Below are positions 38,226 through 46,783 of a DNA stretch of 64,000 nt, piece by piece; position 1 is the stretch's first letter; each line of letters begins with the position of its first letter. Position numbers and translations under genes: made by a program. The DNA comes from Planctomycetota bacterium (GTDB lineage Bacteria; Planctomycetota; GCA-002687715; CAIWVZ01). The notes under the pieces were generated by a model. It was not told the DNA's origin, searched no databases, and saw nothing but the letters and a program-made list of their open reading frames with translations. The DNA is taken from positions 1,152,001 through 1,216,000 of the forward strand of contig JBGANV010000001.1 in assembly GCA_044222185.1 (NCBI GenBank). Reading direction: 5' to 3'.

Positions 38226-38983
38226 GACTCCGGCCGGTCCAGGTATCGACCCACGAAGGCTTCACCGAAAGTCGCGCCGGCCTCGAGGAACAGACTGCGA
38301 TACGCATCGAGCCCCCGCACGGCGGGCTCGTAGTCGCGGTAGAGGATCTGCGACCGGTAACAGTTCACCGCGCGGAGCTTCTCCGTGATGACGTCGGAAG
38401 TGTCGATCACCAGGTCCGGCGGACAGGCCGCCCAGACGTCGTACCCGAGGAACGACGTGCGCGCCGTCAACTCCGGCTGAGTGGCCTGGAGGATCGCCAC
38501 GGCTTCGCCAGCCGCCCAGTGATCCGGGTTCACCTCGCCGCGCCACGGAAAATAGACGATGTCGGGGCGACGCTCGGAGCAGATGTCGAGCAGTTTCTGC
38601 GCGAGTCCCGAGACGAGGACGCGACGCTGCTCGTCGGGCTCCTCCGGAAGGTCCGGAAACGCGGCGGTGTAGTCCGCGTCGCTCAGATTGTCGGGGTAAC
38701 CCCAGAACGTCAGAGTTCGAATGCCGAGAACCTCGGCCGCAGCGCGGGCTTCTTCCTGCCGAATGCGCGTCAGGTCGTCGCGCGCGAAATAGCCGTCCGG
38801 ATCGCCCTGGATCCCCGAGCAGATGAATACGGCTTCGACGAGATCGCCCTGACGGGAATGATGCAGGAGCGTTCCACCGACGCCGAGTGTTTCGTCATCC
38901 GGGTGTGGAGCGATCACGAGCACCCGCCCGCGCGGCGGGGCAACGAGGCGCTTGGGAGCGGCCGGCGGTCGAAACGAAGTCAC
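38222..38983 (-). CDS. PIG-L/LmbE family deacetylase (second motif NPDH)
   Basis: APHPDDE, IRQEEA, NPDH, YRSQ. Confidence 0.88.
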   Translation of the reverse strand: MTSFRPPAAPKRLVAPPRGRVLVIAPHPDDETLGVGGTLLHHSRQGDLVEAVFICSGIQGDPDGYFARDDLTRIRQEEARAAAEVLGIRTLTFWGYPDNLSDADYTAAFPDLPEEPDEQRRVLVSGLAQKLLDICSERRPDIVYFPWRGEVNPDHWAAGEAVAILQATQPELTARTSFLGYDVWAACPPDLVIDTSDVITEKLRAVNCYRSQILYRDYEPAVRGLDAYRSLFLEAGATFGEAFVGRYLDRPES

Positions 38984-40230
38984 CGACGCACCTCCGCGCC
39001 GATTTCCACGCAGGCGAGGAGCTCGAGGGCCTCCTCCATGATCGCCGGGAACAAGTCCTCGCCGAGTTCGGGCTGGCGAAGCGGCTGATGGATCTCACGG
39101 TTCCAGCGGTTGTCCGCGGGAGGCCACAACCCGCGCGAGACGCAAAGGTCCGTCGCGAGGGAGAGACCGGTCGGCTCGAAGGGAACGACGCGCAGTCGCG
39201 CCGATCGGCAGGTCCGCAGGATCTGGCACCGCGCACGAGTGATCGCGAGCGTCTCCCCCGGAAGGCCGACGACGAACAGGACGCCGGCCTCCATCCCGGA
39301 CCGCCTTGCTCGAGACACCGCCTCCGCGACGGACGCTGCCGAGCCGGCGCACTGCGGAAGAACGGGTGCGTCGGTTTCGTCCAGCATGTCGCAGTCGAAA
39401 ACGACGCGAGTGACGCCGGCGGCGCGCAGCTCGGCGAGTCGGATGTCGGTCGCGTCAGCAGGAAGCAGTCGCACGGATTGGTTCAGCCCTCGGTCCGCGA
39501 CGGCGCGGAGCAACGAGGTCCGACCCACTGGGAACCGGCGATCCCACCATTCGACCGCCCAGTCCCGAGCGCCGATCACACCCAATGGGGCGAGCGCCGC
39601 CTCATCCGAGAGATCGACGCCGGCGAAGCCGGAGGTGGCCTCGAGTCGCGCCAATGCGGCGACTGGAGACATGTCTGCGCGACTCCCGCGCCGAGCGAGG
39701 AGTGCGACCACGGGAACGTCGGCGAACAAGGATGAACCCATCCCGCGACGCAACAGGGCACCGCCGCCGAACACCGCATAGTCGAGCGCGACGTCCGACA
39801 CGTCGGCCGGCGACTTCGCCGTTGCGGCCTCCGTCCCGTCGAGCCGGGCGAGGAACGCCGGCGTAAGCAGCGGGCACTCGGCGATCGGAACGCTCCAGTG
39901 GCGGCCGCCGCCGGCCTCCGTCTCGCGCGCCAGGCTGTCGCCGACGACGACGATGGACGTCGCGCCACATTCAGCGGCCGAGCTCGCCAGCAGGTTGATG
40001 ATCTCTCGCCACTCGGCCCCGTCGACGAACACGACCGTGCACGGCGCCGCAGCGCGGACACGCGATTGAAAGGCATCGGCCGTGGTGCAAAAGTCCGTGG
40101 CCAATCGCTCCGTCTCGAATCCGCCCGCACGTAGGACGCTCGCAGCAAAGGCGGCGTCGGGGAGGAACTCGGGTCCGTCCGCGACGGTCACCAGCAGTGC
40201 ACGTCGAGTTCGGCCGTTCGCTTCCAGCAT
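38980..40230 (-). CDS. degenerate B12-binding radical SAM homolog lacking the CxxxCxxC motif
   Basis: Aligns by eye end to end with 46784-48106 (EFLPDAAFAASVLRAGG vs EFHPGIAAMSAILKKSG; VVGLPGET vs IIGLPYEN; LRQPELGED vs IHQPSLNED). The RGCPYACTFC position reads RRGSRADMSP. Confidence 0.72.
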   Translation of the reverse strand: MLEANGRTRRALLVTVADGPEFLPDAAFAASVLRAGGFETERLATDFCTTADAFQSRVRAAAPCTVVFVDGAEWREIINLLASSAAECGATSIVVVGDSLARETEAGGGRHWSVPIAECPLLTPAFLARLDGTEAATAKSPADVSDVALDYAVFGGGALLRRGMGSSLFADVPVVALLARRGSRADMSPVAALARLEATSGFAGVDLSDEAALAPLGVIGARDWAVEWWDRRFPVGRTSLLRAVADRGLNQSVRLLPADATDIRLAELRAAGVTRVVFDCDMLDETDAPVLPQCAGSAASVAEAVSRARRSGMEAGVLFVVGLPGETLAITRARCQILRTCRSARLRVVPFEPTGLSLATDLCVSRGLWPPADNRWNREIHQPLRQPELGEDLFPAIMEEALELLACVEIGAEVRR

Positions 40231-40254
40231 GGTTCGAAGCGCTCCCCCAGAAAC

Positions 40255-41628
40255 ATGGCCGAGAGTACCACCCCACCCGAGGCACCCCCAGAGATCACGG
40301 CGCGTGCGCGCAGCCGTGCGCTCGTCGCGGTCCTCATCGGCGTCACCGCGTTCTGGTTCGTGCACCGCACGCAATGGAGTTCGGCCTGGTCGAGCGCCGA
40401 GGCGTCCTTCGTGCACCACGCCTTCCGGGCAACCGGGCTCGTCCCTGGCCCGGCCCTCCCGTCGACGGCGACGCCCGCGCAGGCAGCCACGCTCGGGTAC
40501 GTGATGTATCTCGTGGGAGCGACGCCGGAGACGCTCCGAGGGTTCATGCTGTTCGTCCTCCTGGTTCTCGCCGCAGCCACGCTCGAGGGCCTTCGTCGTT
40601 GCGGCATCGCCGTCGCCATCGTCGTGCTTGGTTGGATCCTGGCGTCCCGCGAGATCGTCGAAGTCGATTTCGTCTCTCCGATGTGGATCGCCGCCGCGCT
40701 GGTCGGCGTCGCACGGCTCGCCTCCGCCGACGAGTCCGAATGGTCAGCGGGCCGCGCCGCGGTTGGAATCCTCGGCGCTGCGGCTCTCGCGAGTTTCTCA
40801 CCTGGAGCCGCGGTCTGTCTCGCAGCCGTGCTGATCGTGGACGCGACGACGACGCGGGCCGCGCGCGCCCGGATCACCACGGCGGTCGCCGCCGCCGTTT
40901 GCGGCGGACTGGCATTCGCCATCGACCGTGACGTGGTCAGCCGACTTCGATTCGACCCGGTGGCGACCACCGGATGGCACGCGATGCCATCGCTTCCGTG
41001 GTTGCCAAAGCCGTTCGAATGGGTCGCCCTTGCCGTTCTGGGGTGCTTGGGTGCAGCCTCGATCGTGTTCGTTCCGACGGCGGACCGGCGACGGGCGGTC
41101 GGTCGCGTGGTGTGCCTGGCACTGATCGGCGGGTGCGCGCCGTTCCTGGCGCCTTCGTCGCGTGATGCGATCATCGCTCCGGTGTGGCTCGCCGCGATCG
41201 CAGCTCTCGTCGGCGCGTGCGCGTCCAACGCACCGCGCGCCATCGCGTGGGGGCTGGCGATCCTCGTGCTCGGCTGTCACGTGCAACTCGTACGCGACCC
41301 GCCGCCACCGAAAGATCGTCCCGACGCAGTCCTCGTGCTCGAGTCTGCCCGTGCCTCGCGGCTGCCGGCGTCGGGTTTGGTCGTGAGCGGGGACCTGAGA
41401 GTCGCGGTCGCCGTCGCCGCGAGAACGGGCCACAATCCCGGGATCCCTGTCGTACTGGTCCCGGAAGACGCCGAGCCCGGTGGACTGGCCGGGGTTTGCC
41501 GCCAGCTCGGACTCCAACGCGTTTGGTTCGTTCCGCCGCCGGAAACGGCTCCGCCGGAGCTGATCGCCACCCCGAGCCCCGTGCGGGGCCCGCCCAATGC
41601 CGCACATTTCGTCGTAGGCCCCAGGTGA
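40255..41628 (+). CDS. polytopic membrane protein of unknown function (possibly divergent GT-C-like)
   Basis: About 10 hydrophobic segments and a short soluble C-terminus; divergent from 38980-40230 with only 24 bp between the starts, so one start may be wrong. Confidence 0.5.
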   Translation: MAESTTPPEAPPEITARARSRALVAVLIGVTAFWFVHRTQWSSAWSSAEASFVHHAFRATGLVPGPALPSTATPAQAATLGYVMYLVGATPETLRGFMLFVLLVLAAATLEGLRRCGIAVAIVVLGWILASREIVEVDFVSPMWIAAALVGVARLASADESEWSAGRAAVGILGAAALASFSPGAAVCLAAVLIVDATTTRAARARITTAVAAAVCGGLAFAIDRDVVSRLRFDPVATTGWHAMPSLPWLPKPFEWVALAVLGCLGAASIVFVPTADRRRAVGRVVCLALIGGCAPFLAPSSRDAIIAPVWLAAIAALVGACASNAPRAIAWGLAILVLGCHVQLVRDPPPPKDRPDAVLVLESARASRLPASGLVVSGDLRVAVAVAARTGHNPGIPVVLVPEDAEPGGLAGVCRQLGLQRVWFVPPPETAPPELIATPSPVRGPPNAAHFVVGPR

Positions 41629-41724
41629 GTCGCCGAGTTTTCGAGGCGCTGATAGCATTTCGCCCGTTTCAATCGACTAATGACGTCGCGGCTGGCCCAC
41701 GCCCCGCGACTTGAGAGGTACCGC

Positions 41725-42831
41725 ATGCGAACTCTTGCCTTCGTTCTCGTCTGGCTCGCCGCCGGCGCGAATCTCCTCGCCCAGAAAACCGAAGCGCCGC
41801 AGGCCGCTGACCCGTCCCTGGCCGCACTGAAGTTCCTCGTCATGGAACACGACTTCGAGAAGATCACGGACGAGAAGTCCGTCGCATTCTCGTTCACGTT
41901 CGTGAACACCTCCGACAAGCTCACCGTCAACGTGCGAAACGTCCAGAGCACGTGCGGTTGCACGGCGGCTGACCTCGGCAAGCGGGTCTACGCCCCCGGC
42001 GAGCGTGGCCAGATCGACGTGACGTTCAACCCGACGGGCAAGCACGGTCGCGAACAGAAGTCGATCTTCGTGGACACGGACGATCCACGCGCCCCGCGCC
42101 TCGAGCTCAAGATCATGGCGACGGTGATCCAGCGGATCCGCGTCGAGCCGGCATCGCTGTGGTTCGGCGAGGTCCGGTACGACAACGTGATCGGCACGAT
42201 CAGCCCGAAGCGCATCCAGATCACCACGACCGTTCCCGACTTCCAAGTGAAGGGCGTCACCGTCGAGGACAAACGCTTCGCCGTGCGAACGCTCAAGACC
42301 GACCAGGTCGAAAAGGCCGGCGAGAAGGCCACGCGCACCACCTACGAGATCTCGGTGGATGAGAACCTTCCGATCGGTCGCATCCAGACGCAGGGGACGT
42401 TCGAGACGAACGACGCAAAGCAACCCAAGATCGCATTCACCATCCTGCTCGACGCCGTCGGCGACCTCCGGGTCACGCCGGAGCGCATGTTCATCCAGAC
42501 CCGGAGTGCGAGCGAGGCGTTTGCGCAAGACACGACTCTCGTCCACCGCGACAACGGAGAGTTCAAGGTCACGGGGGCGACGGTCGTCAACGCCGAGAAC
42601 AAGGAGTTCGCGGGAATGAAGGCGGAGATCACGCCGCTCAATCCCACGCACACCTCCATGTGGCGCGTGAAGCTCACCGGGACGGGTCCGACGACTGCCG
42701 GCCAGCAGTTCTCGGGCACGCTGAAGATCACGACGGACTCCCCGCTCCAGCCGAACGTCGACGTCCCGTTCACGGGCATGCTCGTGGTCCAGCAGCCCGT
42801 GCCGCCCGCCGTCCCCACCACGAGCAAGTGA
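41725..42831 (+). CDS. secreted DUF1573 (Ig-like) domain protein
   Basis: Signal peptide, HDFEKI...FTFVN...VQSTCGCT...PGERGQIDVTF...KSIFVDTDDP, then further Ig-like repeats; GAGG RBS before ATG 41725. Confidence 0.85.
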   Translation: MRTLAFVLVWLAAGANLLAQKTEAPQAADPSLAALKFLVMEHDFEKITDEKSVAFSFTFVNTSDKLTVNVRNVQSTCGCTAADLGKRVYAPGERGQIDVTFNPTGKHGREQKSIFVDTDDPRAPRLELKIMATVIQRIRVEPASLWFGEVRYDNVIGTISPKRIQITTTVPDFQVKGVTVEDKRFAVRTLKTDQVEKAGEKATRTTYEISVDENLPIGRIQTQGTFETNDAKQPKIAFTILLDAVGDLRVTPERMFIQTRSASEAFAQDTTLVHRDNGEFKVTGATVVNAENKEFAGMKAEITPLNPTHTSMWRVKLTGTGPTTAGQQFSGTLKITTDSPLQPNVDVPFTGMLVVQQPVPPAVPTTSK

Positions 42832-42837
42832 CCTGAG

Positions 42838-43401
42838 ATGATCCGCGGCGCCATCATCATCGTCGTTGCGGGGGTGGCCGTCGGCTGGATTCACTCGACG
42901 CTCGCGCCAGTGGACCTGGGCTTCCGTGCGCCACGGCCAACCGGAGCCCCAGCCGAATCCCGGGCCAACGCACCCGGCGCCATGGCGGTTCCGCCGGTAT
43001 CGGCGACCCGCCATACGGATCCGCCTCAGGTCCCTGAATCCGGTTCCAGTCTTCCGCGCGCGACGCGTGGTGACGGTTTCATCGGAATCCTCGAGGCCAA
43101 GCAGCACTTGGACGCAGGCACAGCGTTCTTCGTGGACGCCCGCCTCGAGAAGGACTACGTGGCCGGCCACATCCCGGGGGCATTTTCCTGCCCGCCGGAG
43201 AAGTTCTACGCCGGGGCGTTTCCCGACATCGTGAACATGCTCCCCCGCACGAGCACGCTCGTGGTTTACTGCGGCGGTGGTGACTGCGACGCATCCATCC
43301 TCGTGGCCAAGCGCCTCACCGAATTCGGCTTTGCATCCGTGCTCGTCTGCGAGCAGGGATTTTCGGGCTGGACGGCGGCAGGGTTGGCTGTCCAGCGGTA
43401 G
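42838..43401 (+). CDS. membrane-anchored rhodanese-like domain protein
   Basis: N-terminal TM, FVDAR, YVAGHIPGA, VVYCGGGDCDAS, GFSGW. Confidence 0.9.
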   Translation: MIRGAIIIVVAGVAVGWIHSTLAPVDLGFRAPRPTGAPAESRANAPGAMAVPPVSATRHTDPPQVPESGSSLPRATRGDGFIGILEAKQHLDAGTAFFVDARLEKDYVAGHIPGAFSCPPEKFYAGAFPDIVNMLPRTSTLVVYCGGGDCDASILVAKRLTEFGFASVLVCEQGFSGWTAAGLAVQR

Positions 43402-43541
43402 GAGGATGCTTCGGATCTCCGCCCGCCTGGTCCGGGTGTGCGATCGACATTCGGCCGCAATCGACGCCCCGCAGGCCACCAGGCGTGACGTTGCTCCGCG
43501 ATCTGGAACGGAGTTTCCTCGAGGCGGTCGCTCCGACCTGC

Positions 43542-43571
43542 TTGCAGGCGGCGACATGCAAACCGTAGACT
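43542..43571 (+). promoter_or_regulatory. putative sigma70-type promoter
   Basis: TTGCAG-N18-TAGACT upstream of the CDS at 43690. Confidence 0.35.
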
Positions 43572-43689
43572 GCCGGCGCCGTAGCGTCGGAGTCCGCCCA
43601 TGTTGGGCGTTCCCCGCCTTCCGCCGACACCGCTTCAGGCGTGTCGGGCTCTCTGCTTGACCCCTACAGTCCCCTCTTTGGAGTTTCAT

Positions 43690-45444
43690 GTGAAGTCAAC
43701 CTGGGCACTATCCATCGCCGCCGCCGTCCTGATCATGTCGAGCGCCACAGCGCAGCTCGCATTCAGCTCGAGCATCGCGGGCACGTTCGACGACATCCAA
43801 TTCAGCGGTGGAACCTCGCTGGGAACGGCCTCCGACGACTCGGAGCACAACTTCACCGCGACGATCGGCAACGCACTCTTACCCGCAGGACCCGTTCGCG
43901 TCGGCAACAACGGCGCTGCGGTGTGGGGCATCACGACCGGTGACGTCGGGTTCACGAACGCGGCGATCCCGGCGACCGGCCTTCCGAGCGGCATCCCCTC
44001 CGGCGGCGACAGCGCCCTCCTTCCGTGGTGGGACGATCTCTTCCCGAGCACGGCCCAGACCGGCGCGCTCACCCTGTGGTTCAAGGAAGACGTGCCGAAC
44101 GGCGTGCTCACGATCATGTGGAAGAACGAGGACCACTTCAGCGCCACGGGGACGGGGACGATCACCGTCGAACTGAAGGTCTTCGCCACTGGACCGGTCT
44201 TCGCTCAGTTCCTCTACCCGGACGCCGAGTTCACCGGTCCGCCGACGTTGGCGGCCCAAGACCGCGCCGGCAGCGCGACGATCGGCTACATCAAGGGCTC
44301 GAACGCATCGGCTTGCCCCACGACGGCGAACCTGCAGTTCAGCTTCAACCAGCAGGTGATCCAGAACGGCACCGTGCTCAGCCTCGTCCAGGCCCCGGGC
44401 TTCGGCGCCAGCGCCACCGCAACGCCGAGCGGCCTCAACGCCGGCTCGTCGACGCTCGTCTCGTTGAATCTCGGCTGCGGCGCCCTCTTCCCGGCCACCG
44501 CGACTGCCGACATCTCGAGCCTCGTCGGATCGCCGACGACCGTTCCCATGAACGACAACGGCGGCGGCAACTTCTCCGTGGTCGTCGGCGTTCCCCTCGG
44601 CACGCCCCCGGGCAACTACGCGGTCCCGATCAGCGCCACCGACAGCACGCCGTTCACTGCGAACACGTCGGTCACGATCTCGGTGCGCCCGGACAACGAT
44701 GACTGCGCCAACGCCATCGCGATCGCGGACGGCCCGACGACGGGAACGAACGTCAACGCGACGACCCAAGCCGGTCTGCCGACGAGCCTCTGCGCGTCTG
44801 GCCCGCTCGAGGTCTGGTACACCTACACGAACCCGCTGGCGTGCGCCGAGACGGTCACGGCGTCCCTCTGCGGCGGAGCCACGTTCGACACGGTCATTCG
44901 GATCTACTCCGGCACGTGTGGCTCCTTCACCAACGTCGCGTGCAATGACGACTTCTGCGCCCTCCAGTCGCAGTTGACGTTCACGGCCGCGCCGCTCACG
45001 ACCTACTACGTCGCGGTCGGATCGTTCTCGACCACCACCGGGCCGTTCACGCTGACGATGACCAGCCACACCGCAGTCTCCCAGCAGTTCGGCACGGCTT
45101 GCGGCACGCTCCCGCCGGCCTTGAACGGGACCGTCCCCTTCCTCGGCCAGAACGGCACGCTGTCGATCACGGGCGCCGACGCGAACGCCCCCGGGATCAT
45201 CTTCGCCGCTCCCCCGGGCGGCGCTCCGACCCCGCTCGGCGGGACCTGCAACCTCTACCTCCAGCAGGGTGGTCTCGTTCTGTTCCTCCTCGCGAACACG
45301 GACGCCCTTGGCGCGTGGAGCTTCACGGGCCTGATCCCGAACGACCCGCTCCTCGACTGCTTCCCGCTCGACCTCCAGGCGATCATGCTTGGCAGCGGCG
45401 GCTTCGCGGCCAGCAATGGGTTGCACCTGGTGCTCGGTCACTGA
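43690..45444 (+). CDS. secreted multi-domain beta-rich surface protein (nidogen-like N-domain, NDxC module, C-terminal beta domain)
   Basis: GGAG RBS, GTG start, signal peptide ending SATA-Q; ALLPWWDDL; PDNDDCANA...VWYTY...FDTVIRIYSGTC...CNDDFC...YYVAVG. Confidence 0.78.
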   Translation: MKSTWALSIAAAVLIMSSATAQLAFSSSIAGTFDDIQFSGGTSLGTASDDSEHNFTATIGNALLPAGPVRVGNNGAAVWGITTGDVGFTNAAIPATGLPSGIPSGGDSALLPWWDDLFPSTAQTGALTLWFKEDVPNGVLTIMWKNEDHFSATGTGTITVELKVFATGPVFAQFLYPDAEFTGPPTLAAQDRAGSATIGYIKGSNASACPTTANLQFSFNQQVIQNGTVLSLVQAPGFGASATATPSGLNAGSSTLVSLNLGCGALFPATATADISSLVGSPTTVPMNDNGGGNFSVVVGVPLGTPPGNYAVPISATDSTPFTANTSVTISVRPDNDDCANAIAIADGPTTGTNVNATTQAGLPTSLCASGPLEVWYTYTNPLACAETVTASLCGGATFDTVIRIYSGTCGSFTNVACNDDFCALQSQLTFTAAPLTTYYVAVGSFSTTTGPFTLTMTSHTAVSQQFGTACGTLPPALNGTVPFLGQNGTLSITGADANAPGIIFAAPPGGAPTPLGGTCNLYLQQGGLVLFLLANTDALGAWSFTGLIPNDPLLDCFPLDLQAIMLGSGGFAASNGLHLVLGH

Positions 45445-45485
45445 TCGGCTGAGGTGGTCAGCCAGCTGACCGCTTCATTCCAGGC

Positions 45486-45518
45486 AAGCCGCGTGTCTTC
45501 GGACACGCGGCTTTTTTT
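45486..45518 (+). terminator. rho-independent terminator
   Basis: AAGCCGCGTGTC-TTCG-GACACGCGGCTT stem-loop ending in a run of 7 T, between convergent genes. Confidence 0.9.
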
Positions 45519-45542
45519 CTGCATCCGTCGTGAACCGCAGCG

Positions 45543-46466
45543 TCAATTCCGTCGCAAGATGCCCCAGGCCATCTTGACAATGGTCCCGCAGTGGGGCTTG
45601 GATGCCTTCCAGCTGCCGAGGTCCTTCCGCACGCGGAAGCACTGGCGGATCGCCACGTACACGAGGACGCACTTCGTGAGGAATGCCCCGACGAACCCCC
45701 AGTGCTTGCGATAGAAGGCGATGCGGTTGCGATGCCACTCCGCGCCGAAGTCGGAGTAGCGGCGTGTGGACCCGCCGAGGTGATGAACCACCGCGACATC
45801 GTCGAGGTACCACAGCTGGAAGCCCGCCCGGGTGATCCGCAAGGCCCAGTCGACGTCATTGAAGAAGAGCCAGAGCTTCTCGTCCATGAGTCCGACCTGG
45901 TCGATCACGGCGCGCGGCACGACCAGGCAGGTCCCCGGGGGCTGCTCCACTTGTCGCGTACCCCGGTGATCCCACTCGAGGTACTGGTAGCGACGAAGTT
46001 CCTTCGCGTTGGGAAACCAGCGCTGCAGGAACGTGTCCCAGATGAACACGGTCGCGAGTCGCGGGAACCGCATGCACGCGCGCTGAACCGAACCGTCCAG
46101 GTTCATGAGGCGCGGCGCAACGGCTCCGACGTCCGGGTGCTGGACGAGAAACGCGACGAGCGCCGGCAACGCATCGGTGGCGACGCGTGTGTCCGAGCCG
46201 AGGAGGCACACGTAACGCCCCTCGGCCAGCCTGATGCCCTGGTTGACGCCACGGGCGTACCCGACGTTCTCGGAATTCCGCTCGAGCCGCACCCAGGGGT
46301 AGGTCGCGGCCACGAGGTCACCCGACCCGTCGACTGACGCGTTCTCGATCACGATCACTTCGACAGCGAGCCCGCCGCGCCCCTTGTCGATCGCGTCCAG
46401 GCATTCACCAAGCAGCGTCTTGGTGTTCCAGGAGAGGACGACGATCGAGAGGTCGGGCTGGGGCAT
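45543..46466 (-). CDS. GT2 glycosyltransferase (WbbL-like)
   Basis: SIVVLSWNT, ENASVDGS, ENVGYARGVN, LFFNDVDW, HHLGGS. Confidence 0.9.
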   Translation of the reverse strand: MPQPDLSIVVLSWNTKTLLGECLDAIDKGRGGLAVEVIVIENASVDGSGDLVAATYPWVRLERNSENVGYARGVNQGIRLAEGRYVCLLGSDTRVATDALPALVAFLVQHPDVGAVAPRLMNLDGSVQRACMRFPRLATVFIWDTFLQRWFPNAKELRRYQYLEWDHRGTRQVEQPPGTCLVVPRAVIDQVGLMDEKLWLFFNDVDWALRITRAGFQLWYLDDVAVVHHLGGSTRRYSDFGAEWHRNRIAFYRKHWGFVGAFLTKCVLVYVAIRQCFRVRKDLGSWKASKPHCGTIVKMAWGILRRN

Positions 46467-46731
46467 GGCGGCGAGATCCGCGGTCGTGGGCGCGCAGGAT
46501 AGCGCGGCAGGGGCGGCAGCGCGCGGTGCCCGGTTGAAGCCGTGAGTAGGCCGGCCGATGGCGCGGCGGGTCGTTGGGTGCTCACGAAGGAGGCGGCGCG
46601 GGGTTCGTGATCGGTCGGGCGCGGGAACGCATGGCGGGTGGTGTGCGAGGTCGGGGTGCGACGCGTGTAGGCGTTCACGGCGAGCGGGTGGCGCCGCACG
46701 GTTGGTGGTGTGACGGCGCCATCGGTGCTCA

Positions 46732-46775
46732 CGTCAGGGCTGGAGCCCTGACGGTCCGGCCAGGCGGAGCCTGGC
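46732..46775. repeat. two tandem GC-rich hairpins just downstream of the B12 radical SAM gene
   Basis: CGTCAGGGC-TGGA-GCCCTGACG (46732-46753) and GCCAGGC-GGA-GCCTGGC (46759-46775). Confidence 0.6.
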
Positions 46776-46783
46776 GTTCCGGA

